From positions 37,014,001 through 37,078,000 of the forward strand of contig NC_043009.1 of assembly GCF_006345805.1 (NCBI RefSeq): a stretch of 64,000 bases of DNA, in the 5' to 3' direction. The notes beneath the pieces are model-generated. The model was not told the origin of the DNA and did no database searches. It saw only the letters and a program-made list of their open reading frames with translations. This DNA is from Octopus sinensis (taxonomy: Eukaryota). A program made the translations under genes and the position numbers. This document shows, piece by piece, positions 52,747-64,000 of the stretch; the stretch's first letter is position 1, and every line of letters starts with the position of its first letter.

Positions 52747-54101
52747 TATATGTATGTATGTATATATAAAATATACATGCAGGCACACACAAACAGCGGC
52801 AAAAGCATTCATTCATAAATATATACATATATAAATAATTATATGAACACACAAAAGGATTCATTCACATACACAACCACACACACACACACACACACAT
52901 GCACACTGATATATATATATATAAAGGAACGAAAGGAAGTTATGAATAGAGGCAGAGACAGAGACAGAGACAGAGAGTGAGAGGAGGAGGGGAGAGAGAT
53001 GAGGGTGAGAAGAAAAATGATATTGTTGGAACTAAATGTAAAAACACACACACACACACAAAAAAAAAACAACAACAACACAAGAAAAAATAAACGAACG
53101 TAAGCACAAATGCAAGAAAGAGTTAAAGAAAGATAGCCAGGATGAAAGAAAGTAAACATCAACAAAGGCCACAATAACAATAACAATAACAACCGAATTT
53201 TTTTATTAAGCGATTTGTCTCTTTTTTGATAATATAACTTTTTTCAAGTGGGACAGAAATTCATGTGAGTGGGGGGGATAATTAGCGAGGGGTTAAGTGA
53301 ATGTTATAAGCAAATACAGTTGTACTCGAGGGACGATGATTGATGGAGCAAACATTTATCACTCGATTTTCTGGAGTGTCTAATGGGTAAGTGACAGATC
53401 TTTTGTCACCGCTCCCATGGCCAAGATGAAACCCTAATTATTGGCCAACGAATGAAGCTCCTGCATGACGTTCTGTCTGCTAGAAATAGCTGTCATACCT
53501 CTGCCCCAACTCACACTGCTCCATCTTAAAGAGATCAGTAAATAAATGTACGATATACTGGACATCAATATTACTTTTTTCAAAAAATATATATTTATTA
53601 GATACTGTGCTCCAGATGTACTAGTTTTGATAAAAAAATAATCTAAAAGAATACAACAGAAAATGGGATGGTCATGGCTGGATCGCGTAAGCTTAAGAAT
53701 TTGCTCGATCGGGGTTGACTTGAGGGTAAGAAATACCAAAGTCATAAATAAAAGCACGTGTCGAAAAACAATCGCTTTATTCCATTAAAATGTCCAACTT
53801 CAGCATACGAAGCATAGCTGTCAACGTCCGTAATTTATTGCATATGGCTGCCGGCCAGACTTCAATCAACTGGAAGTAGCAGTTTAGAGCAACAAATAAT
53901 TATAAGAAGGTCAACAAACAACAACAACATAGTTTCATACATTGCTTGAAAGCTCCGTATTCGTAGAAATGATGAAATCGACACAAATCTATATAATATG
54001 GAATGCTTTTGCTGATAATACAGGAGTAAAAGACAAATCTATTCACTTTAGTATTACATGTAGAATTAGAGCATGGAACACTACAGAGGTTTTAGATTAT
54101 A

Positions 54102-54498
54102 CTAGCAGTATCGCCCGGCGTTGCTCGGGTTTGTAAGGGAAATAACTATATAAGCATTTTTAGAGAGTTATAGCCCAAAAATAGCAAAAAAATGCATTAA
54201 AAATGGAAAAAAAAAATGATAAATTTTTTTTTAAATTGCTGACTCATCGTAGACATTTTTAAAGAGTTACTTCCCTTATATAATAGCAAAAAAATGCATT
54301 AAAAATGGGAAAAAATTATGGTAATTTTTTTTTAAATCGTAGATTCATCGTAGACGCGCGCTAATACCCAGAAGGGCTCGATATGAATCACGACTATAAG
54401 ATACCCGCTTTTGGTTAAATTGCACCGCAAAATGTGGGAGTAGTTAGGAATCTAAATCGTAGGAGACAGACACACAACCTTACTTTTATATATAAAGA
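54102..54498 (-). mobile_element. Non-autonomous Helitron
   Basis: a|TCTTTATATATAAAAG ... cccgagcaacgccggg cgatactgCTAG|t on the minus strand; internal tandem duplication of roughly 110 bp. Confidence 0.9.
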
Positions 54499-54506
54499 TT
54501 ACATAC

Positions 54507-54652
54507 AGGAATAGCATGGCTATGTAGTAAGAAGCTTGCTTCCCAACCACATGGTTCCAGGTTCAGTCCCACTGTGTGACATCTTGGGCAAGCATATTCT
54601 ACTGTAACCTCTGGCCTACCAAAGCCTTGTGAGTAGATTTGGGAGACGGAAA
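54507..54652 (+). mobile_element. Old SINE group A, 5' half
   Basis: tggctatgtagtaagaagcttgct...ggttcagtcccactgtgtgacatcttgggcaag. Confidence 0.8.
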
Positions 54653-57243
54653 GGCGATAGCTATGATCTTCTTTTGCAGGGACTGGGAATATTCGATGAC
54701 AGAAGGGTTGTTTTCTATGGATATATATATAAAAAAAATAATTTGTGGTTCACGTTATCAAGCAAAACTTTTGAAAGGCAATCCAGACATGAGACAATCA
54801 GGATTTTGAAAGACCCTTTAGAAAATAACGTTGGCCACGCAAGCATAACATCAGGTTCAAGAACCTGAAACTTAATAGAAGTTGAGAACGTTTGTCAAAA
54901 AAACTGCCACAATCTTTCTAAATAACATTAAGGGGATGACGAAAAGAAATTTCTGGAAATCTAGAGTTTACTCAGCATTATTATTTCATTTACATATAAA
55001 TACACACACTGACAATATGCTGTCATAACAAAACGCAAACACGAACACGCAAAGCTATCATGGCTTATCAACTTGCGATAAAACCTGTCTTCTCTTCAAC
55101 CCAAAAAACGTTCATAATGTAAAAAACACATTGAACTTCTAACGTTAATGTTTTCATGTTTATTCATTTTTTACTGACAATGTTTATTACAGTCACCAAG
55201 ATATGATGAATGAATGCGATAATAAAACTTAAAATAGAAAATTAGCTTTCATATTCATCACATTTCCTATCTTTTCAATTTTTTTTTGCTGATCCTCAAA
55301 CTTGTACGGTCTGCCTGACTGCCTGTCCGACCCTTAATACATACACGCGCACGCACACATACTCTTATGTATATACTTACACATATACGCACACACACAC
55401 ATATATGTCTCTCTCTCTCTCCCTCTCTCTCTCTATATATATATAGATATATAGATACGTATGTGTGTGTACACACACACACAGACACATATATATATAC
55501 ATACATACATACATACATATATATGTGTTTGTGTATGTATTCTTGTGTACGTGCCTATATGTATACACACCAACACTTGCTTTTCCTCTTTCTTTATACA
55601 CATACACACAAGCTTATCTTTGATCTCCACATTCGAACTGTCTCTTTGGTAAAAGACACTCAAGATATCGCTCACTGGGATTGAACTAAGAACCTCATTG
55701 TTGTGAAGTGAACGTCTTAACTATTGGCTACTACCAGTAATATACTGACAATACCACTTCTGCCAGAAAACTGTTTCTGCTTTTGTATCAAGCTCAAAAG
55801 GAACCAATATAAGCAATTAGCATATTAGTAATTAGTTATCAAGATTAATTTTTCATTGAGTAAGAAGACTAATTAGTCTCATGGATAGATTATAACCTGC
55901 TGAATTAACTCAATCATTCTTATTTTAATGAACCCTGAAGAAATGAAGGATAATGTATCCCCTGTAGGGATTCGAATTTGCATGTAGTGAGACGTTTAGT
56001 CCAGTGCTCTAACGACGACCTAATTATCGTATTTGAACTGATTTATTTATATAATTTCTGTGTTTTTACCATTTTTCAAATCCCAAATCGATGTGTTTGA
56101 AATGAAATAAATTTTGAGATACTGAAGTCCAAAAAACCAGCGATTCTGTCAAGTTGCCGCCCTTACAACTCTTTAATAATTGAGAAAGCTATTGCAGTTT
56201 TGGGACTTGGAAGCCGGCAAATGAACGTTCTTACAATAAAGCAGGTATGTTGGCGCTATGAATGGTAATTTATTTTCTCTTAATTCGTTTTGTTTTGTTT
56301 TTTTCTCACACTTGTTGGCCTCATTTAATTTGCCAAGGTTCACCAAAATCAAATGCAGTTTTTTATTCTGCGTAAAGTTCATATGTGCAAACAAAAAGAT
56401 TCAATGAAGGCTATAAAAATATAACAAAGAAACAAAAATGTATGTCAGTCAGCTTATTCAGCAATCTAATGAAACTCACTTGGAAAAAAGCTTTACTACA
56501 AGGTCATTGTTATTGTTAGATAAAAGGTATTCCAGCCACGATCATCATGATTATTTAACGTTAGGGTTGATCATCTTGTATAGCGGCCTTATTTCAGTGT
56601 GTGTGTGTAAGGGAGTGTAATTTGAGGAAGACTTTCCAGATGATAAAGCGACGAGTAAAAGTTTTCGTCGTAAGTTTGTCTTGGTCATATTTTTTAAAAG
56701 GACAAAGTTTATAACCGACCGATATCGTGTCTCAGTATATAATAGGAAGTTTTTCATAAATGCATTCAGTTGAGAGGATCGAATCGTTTCAGTTTAATAT
56801 CTTTTTCAGATTTTGGTTTAAAAAACAATGTGTCTTACTCCTGACTTCCACTCCTTCGAAACCTAGCCATTGTTAAAAGAAGGCTTGGATGCAAAATTAA
56901 TATTTATATTTTGCCATAATTAGGCAGAAAAAAATCCCGATAGTCTTGAAGGATAAATTTAAACACTACAAAGGATTTAATCCAGAGGTCAAATCTTTTG
57001 GCTAATTAAGTGGTCACTTAAAGAAGCAAATACTTTCTTCACACATTATGTAGCGTTGTTGCTGGTGTTAACCCATGTCTATAATCAAATTCTTTCCTGC
57101 AGTAACAATCACCTCTCTTTATCCTTGACATAGTGTACCTAGGATTACATTATCCAATGCACTCTTCTTTTTGTCAAGATGGTAATAGGGTATTATAAGA
57201 TGAAGCGTCAATTATTATTTCTTACACATAGAATAACCATATA

Positions 57244-57470
57244 TATTTCTTTATTATCCACAAGGGGCTAAACATAGAGGGGACAAACAAGGACAGACAA
57301 AGGGATCAAGTCGATTACATCGACCCCAGTGCGCAACTGGTACTTAATTTATCGACCCCGAAAGGATGAAAGGCAAAGACGACCTCGGAATTTGAACTCA
57401 CAACGTAACGGCAGACGAAATACCGCTAAGCATTTCGCCTGGTGTGCTAACGTTTCTGCCAGCTCGCCTC
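57244..57470 (-). mobile_element. SINE group B with a 15-bp TSD
   Basis: tagaataaccatata at 57229-57243 and 57481-57495. Confidence 0.92.
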
Positions 57471-59577
57471 TATATGGTTTTAGAATAACCATATAGAGGA
57501 AACTACGTTAGATTGTAAAACTTCAGAATCCAATGCTGGGAGGGTGTTAAAGGTACAATCGGCACCAGACAGATGGAGAGACAAAACGTACTTATTAACA
57601 AAACGAAATTCAATGGTGCATCTACCTCGAGTCATTCTCCAGTCTCAACCATCATTGCTTACTTTGTCAGTCTTAGTTACGAAACGAAACTTGCATAAGC
57701 ATACGCAGGATATACAGTAGTTCGAGTCGTAATCACTGTAGCTTAGCGAAGTTTCATTTTCATTCAGTCTTATGCTACAGATCCAAAAGCAGCGACGGGG
57801 GGCGGGGCACCCTTCCCACTACCACCTACGCTACTGATTTTGATTTGATTGTCTGTTGGCTTCTGATTGTCGTATTGATTTTCAGGAACTCGAAAGATGG
57901 TAAATATCTCTACATGTTCACTTTTTCTCGTCTTGTTCGTTCAAATTCTTTCGTAGTTTCTAGTAAACCAAATTAAATCGACACCGATCAAGCGCCGGTA
58001 TCGATATATTGTCATAGAATCAGATTTGAATTCAGAGGAAGAACTATTGCAAGGCAGTTGTTCGTTTCTCTGACGGTTCTGTCAATCTAATAACCAAAAA
58101 TTTACGTGATCAAATAATTTGAGTCCTTCAAAATCTCTCTGTCGATAAATCACATGGACGTTACACATAAGAAACGGTGGAGGATTATTCGTCGATTTCG
58201 ACGATGAACATTCAGTTGTTCAGTCAAATGGATTCCTACAAATGAAATCGTGTGAGTGGCTGAGCATTTTAGAGGCTCGTATCTTAACATAACTCTCAAG
58301 CGGAAATCGGCATTATACTGTGATAGGAGTTGAACCTTCGAGTTGTAGGTACAGAGTAAGTGAGGGAGAGGAAAAGCAAGAGAAAGAGAGAGAGAGAGGA
58401 GAGAGAAGAGAGAGGGAAAGGGAGGGAGAGATAGAGAAGAGAGAGAGAGTGGGGGGAAAAGAATCGACCTCAATACTTTACTTATTGATTGCGAAGCGAT
58501 GAAAAGTAAAGTTGAGTTTAAATCTGAATTCAGATCTAAATCAGAACAAATACCCCAAAGTGACTCAGCTAATTCATTGTGCCCCAGCATGGCCACAGCT
58601 CGTGAGCTGAAACTAGATAAAATAAGATTAAAAAAATAAAAATATTTAAAAAAATGATTGCTACAAGGATGAAAGATAGGCAAAAGTTCATTATAACGAT
58701 CTAACTAATGAACTACTAGTGTCCTGTTTTTTTTCTACGGGAATTAGAACTCACAACGCATGAGTTTTAATATATACTGCAAGGCACTGTGCTCAGCCTT
58801 CATCCAACTCTGCCAAATAAAAAATATCAGCCGTACAAGACTGAAATAAAATACATAAAACGAAAAGCTTTAACTAAAGTATATATAAAAAGCAAAACTA
58901 TTTTATTCTATGGAGAATTGAACCATTTATATCAGATTCCTGTTACTGTGGACAGAAATCTTGGTTTTTTTCATTTCATTTTTTTTTTCAGTGGGGGATT
59001 TTAATTACGAAATATATATATATATATAAAAACTTAATGCGTTTATAACTTATTGAAGTGATAGCTTAATAAAATGAATTTCGTGAAATCTCAAAACTTT
59101 TCGCAAATTAATTACCTACACACATACAAAAACATACATATAAATAAGCAGACATACACATACATATATAACCACATGAAACGAGAAATGAGATTACCCA
59201 AAGGTACAGAACAACACACTAAATAACACAAAATGTCCCGCATGTATATTTACACCCGTTTCTATGTTTAATTATCGAAAATTCACATGTATGTACATAC
59301 ATATACACTTATTAAATTATGTTTACCCATACATTCACTCATGTAACGAAAGGTTCGTACGAAGAGGTGTATATATACACACACATATATAACTGAATTC
59401 AATATGAGGGCATGCAAATAGATGTATAGATATGCACACACATACACGCACATACATGGTTTCTTTAGCCACCATTAGTCGAACCAATCGACCCCATGAC
59501 TTATTCTTTGTAAGCCTAGTACTTATACTATGTATGTATGTATGTATGTATGTATGTATATATGTATGTATGTGTAT

Positions 59578-59608
<31 letters not shown>

Positions 59609-59707
59609 CATACATACATACATACATACATACATACATAAATACATATATATATATATATATATATAAGATAAACTCACTTGGAGATGTATGCGTGGCG
59701 TTCAATC

Positions 59708-59751
<44 letters not shown>

Positions 59752-60129
59752 TATATATATATATTTATATATATATATGCATATACATATATATGAACAT
59801 GCGTACATATATATGTACATATATGCATATATGTGTACAGGACGTCACAAAGCGTAAACAACATGAAATACGAAGACAACGAGAGAAACAAATGGAAAAC
59901 AAGCCAAGTAACATAAAGAACGACCCTTCATCAGTTGTCGGCTTTCCATTTACTCCTCATTTCGAGCAATTAGCGACAATATGTAAAATTTGTTTCACCG
60001 CATACCGAAATTTAGAAATAGTAGTTAAAACTACTATTTCTTCACTACCATAAGAAAGCAAATTTTTGCTGAACCCTAATTATAATTATACTCATAATTA
60101 TAAAATTTACATATATATATATATATATA

Positions 60130-60770
60130 CATACGATGGGTCCTTTCAGTTTCCTTATGCCATCCAATCACAAGGCGTTGGTGGGCTTGAGGCAATAGTA
60201 GAAGACAATAGCAGAAAGTGCCATGTAGTAAGACTGAACTCTGGACCATGTTGGTAAGCAAGCTTCTTACCACACATCCACGAATGGGCCTTCACACACA
60301 TACACACAGCATGCACACACACACATACACACACATGATCGTGCGCACACACACACACACAACAGGAGATTACAAAACATTTTTCCAGTCTCCAGTTTTA
60401 ATAAATGATTATTCTGTAAAAATTATTTTTCAGCATCAACGTACAACTTTGGAGTAGCGGAATAAACATATATTCTTCAAAAGGACGCAGCTTGGGTTAG
60501 AGTCCTATCAACATAAATGGTGGCTGTCTGTTAAGTAGTTTGCTACCCAACGATATGGCTCCGGGTTCAGTCCCACTGTGTGACACATTGGGCAATTGTC
60601 AAACTGATTGAAATAAGTAACAGAGTGACCGTCTTCCAAATCCGCTGAAAAGATTTTGGTCGGCCCGAGACTATAGTAGAAGACACTTGCCCAAGGTACC
60701 ACGCATAAGATCGAACCCGGAACCATGTGGTTGGGAAGCAAGCTCCCTACAAAACAGCCACACCTGCATC
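60130..60770. mobile_element. Cluster of old SINE A fragments (60130-60290 minus, 60520-60600 plus, 60640-60770 minus)
   Basis: Degenerate homology to the SINE A head. Confidence 0.7.
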
Positions 60771-61058
60771 CATACGTAGTATATATATATATATCCAAAA
60801 CATGAACCAAGAAACGACAATAAAACATCCGGAGAGATAGTCGATACGAAGACGGACAGGATAAAACAAGGATGGGCCATTCATGGCCTTCTCTCTTCAG
60901 TCAAGTTTCCAGATCATCCTTTCATTTTCAACCGGTTATACTTCAGACTTTTCAAATCTGGCTGTCCCCAAAAATCTAAGTTAAGAGCATTAAATATTTT
61001 GGGAGAAAGCAAGCGAATGTGTGCGACAACATAAATAAATCGAAGATAAAAAAAAACG

Positions 61059-61106
<48 letters not shown>

Positions 61107-61109
<3 letters not shown>

Positions 61110-61300
61110 AGGTGAATGAATAATCCTCCTATGTTTACCGTCAACATGGAAAATTCGGTGAACCGATACCAGGGTAGCAAATTCACTTTCCTGATGAGAA
61201 GATTGCATCTTGCACCGTTTATTCCTTTGGAATAAAACCATGTTGTCTTCGAAACATATGTCGAGAGTAAAGGAATTTTGTTAACATCTTCGTTCAACTC
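61107..61300 (+). mobile_element. About 195-bp PLE-like pseudo-LTR piece between (TA)n and (TTTA)n/(TA)n
   Basis: Contains an intact hammerhead; tail aaaggaatt.tg...tcttcgttcaactccattt is shared with the 3661-4532 arms. Confidence 0.7.
61185..61268 (+). ncRNA. Type I hammerhead ribozyme with canonical core
   Basis: Stem I actttc/gagagt; CTGATGA 61191-61197; stem II gaaga/tcttc (extended); GAAA 61251-61254; C-ATAT-G; TC, with predicted cleavage after 61262. Confidence 0.85.
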
Positions 61301-61350
61301 CATTTATTTATTTATTTATTCATATATATATATATAAATATAGCGTATAA

Positions 61351-61418
<68 letters not shown>

Positions 61419-62068
61419 CGTATATACTTAGATATATGTATAGCGTGTATACAAAATGCTTTCGCTAATTGACGTAATATAATAGGTATGTACAGTATCT
61501 GTTTTAATATATATATATATAATATATATATATATATTATATATATATATATATATACGGTAATTCAAAAATAGAACCCAAATCAACAAAAGTCAAATCA
61601 AAAGGACGTACTTAACGATATAATACATACATACATACATACATACATACATACATACATACATACATACATACATACATACATACATACATACACGTAT
61701 CTACATATAAATCACCATTCACACCTGCACCACCAACAACACGTCCTACTCGCTCGGATGAACTAAAAGCAATACGAACCGACTCCTACCCACTACCAGC
61801 ACCTCCATTAGAGACCACAGAAATTTAACGACTTCCGGCAAAATTCACATATTCTGTCGCATTTATTTGATTTTTCCTTTGAAATGAACCTTTTCTTCTT
61901 AGTATTATCAATCTGACAGGCACATACGCATGCGTACGCGGCCATACGCATGCATACATGCACAGTTGCATGCATACATGTATATATATATATATATATA
62001 ATATATACATATGCATTTATACACACACACACACATATATATATACATAAATGCATGCACATACACAC

Positions 62069-62102
<34 letters not shown>

Positions 62103-62529
62103 CACAGTACACACGTGCATGTACACGCACAAAATTTACATGTATTCATATATACACGCACTTTATATATGCATGCATAGCTGAGTGCAAAGGTTGTGAT
62201 TGCTTTGCCCATTGTCTGTGTTGTATGATGGAGACATGGATACATGCATATGTGTATATATATATATATACATACATACGTACATACATACATACATACA
62301 TACATACATACATACATACATACATACATACATGTATATAAAAATGTTATATAACGATATTATTTTTTACAATGGGGACTTAGAATTTCTGGTTATTCCC
62401 CAGGCTTCCATTAATGAGCATCAATGAAAAATTTCTGGTTGCAGTTGTTTTCTGACTGCTATTTTTAGCTTGCAAGTGCTACCTGTAGTACTCTTAATCA
62501 TCAATACTTGTGTGTGTGTATCTTTTAAA

Positions 62530-62745
62530 ATGTGACCTCGTTGGCGATTTTTTTCCTCTGTCTTCCCTTCTCTAGATCTTTCCTTCTCCTATGTTTCCGA
62601 CGAAGAGCTCCGCTCGAAACGTTAAACCCTCCTTCTTTCCTTCTTTCCTGAGTGTCCAATAATACTATATTTGTTCCACGTTCTCGCGTTGTTGTTTTTT
62701 TGTGTTTTCTTATTTGGATTAACTTTATGTACACATACATACGTG
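62530..62745 (+). mobile_element. PLE-like tail with a minimal hammerhead-like motif (62593-62627, U4C variant)
   Basis: gttt CCGACGA a gagc tcc gctc GAAA CG TT aaac; followed by (TACA)n. Confidence 0.65.
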
Positions 62746-63274
62746 CTTGCATACATACATACATACATACATACATACATACATACATACATACATACAT
62801 ACATACATACATACATACATGTCCATGTACTCGCACCTTAATTAACATACGCATACAAACCTACATAAAGGACCCACATACATATTTCTCTCTTTCTCTC
62901 TTTTTCTCCCCCCACACGCACATACACAAACACATATACACGCATATTCTTATACACAAGCACACATGCAAACATAAATATATACGTACGTAAAAACATA
63001 CACAGGCATCAATATATACATACATACAAATATACATACATACAAACAAGAGTAATGACGACCACACACTCTCTTGGCACACACACCCCTCACGCCCATC
63101 CCCCCAGCAATGGTATGTATAATGGCATTTACACATCTACACACTTGCTATTATCAATCAAAATATTATACACAGCAGTTAACTATTAACTATTTTGGGA
63201 CGCACGTGTACATACACACATTCCTACACCAACATAGTTACATTCACAAACCTTTCGGTATATATATCAATATA

Positions 63275-63484
63275 TTGGATTCAAGTTTTGGCACAAATTC
63301 AGCAAGTCTTTTGGCGGGGCTGAGTTAATTAAATCGACCCCAGTGTTCAACTGGCTCTTATGTTATCAACCCCGAAAGAATGAAAAGAAAAGTTGACCTC
63401 ACTGGAACTTGAACTCAGAGCATGAAAAACAGACGAAATGTCGCTAAACATTTTGCCCAGTGCGCTAAAGATTCGGCCAGCTTA
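63275..63484 (-). mobile_element. Old SINE group B (plus a further fragment at about 63535-63640)
   Basis: atcgaccccagtg...ccccgaaagaatgaaa...gaactcagag...gacgaaatg.cgctaaacatttt.ccc. Confidence 0.75.
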
Positions 63485-64000
63485 CAGCCTTTATATGTAT
63501 CAATATATTTACAAGTTTTTCTCATGTTCTTGTCTTTCATTCTTTCAAGGTCGATAAAATAAATCTAGGGTTGAGGTAATCGATTTACCCTCTACCCAGA
63601 AATTGGTGACTTTGTGGCAAAATTTGAGATCAATATATTACAAGTTTTTCTCATTTTTTAAAACTATATCAGGTAATACATATATATATAATATAATACA
63701 GATATCATCTAACACGTACATAATGGGCTAGATAGAAACACGTATAGCAACCCCCTATCCATCCATCCATCCGTAAATAGTTTCCCCATCAAGAGTGGCG
63801 TAACCGACTCTCTCTCTAAAACGAAAACATCAGGGGCAGAGGTTTAAAATCGATTTAGACAGCTTTTGAATGCCACATCATATCCATTCGGCAATACCTT
63901 TTAACCACCAACAGTCGAAGCTCATCCATTGACCAAATATACAGGTGACATCATGATACTAGGAGGGCAGCTCCTCGAGAAACATTCCTTGTCTGATAAC

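Noticed and set aside
59900-59975. CTGATGAAGG on the minus strand
   Set aside because: No downstream GAAA or stem II; the motif order does not fit a type I hammerhead.

Overview
Eukaryotic, AT-rich, microsatellite- and transposon-dense DNA with one 100-N scaffold gap (7080-7179). The SINE repertoire and repeat style point to a coleoid cephalopod, most likely Octopus (inference). I find no intact protein-coding gene. Almost all ORFs in the track are microsatellite read-throughs, and only weak candidate exons remain. The window contains: three tRNA-headed SINE groups (called A, B, C here; about 30 copies or fragments); two 5'-truncated Tx1/L1-clade LINE copies; three RLE-type (Dong/R4/NeSL-like) LINE 3' ends plus an older RT remnant; an RTE 3' end; Penelope-like (PLE) fragments, several carrying hammerhead-ribozyme motifs; non-autonomous Helitrons; Merlin-like and hAT MITEs; and long simple repeats. 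The strongest signal is that retroelement classes sit in different microsatellites: Tx1-like copies in (TATC)n, RLE copies in (AAT)n, and hammerhead-bearing PLE pieces mostly in (TA)n. SINE B also shares its last 42 nt (36/42) with the Tx1-like LINE, suggesting a SINE-LINE pair built on a possibly (GATA)n-targeting Tx1 element. All family assignments come from motif recognition by eye, not database searches.
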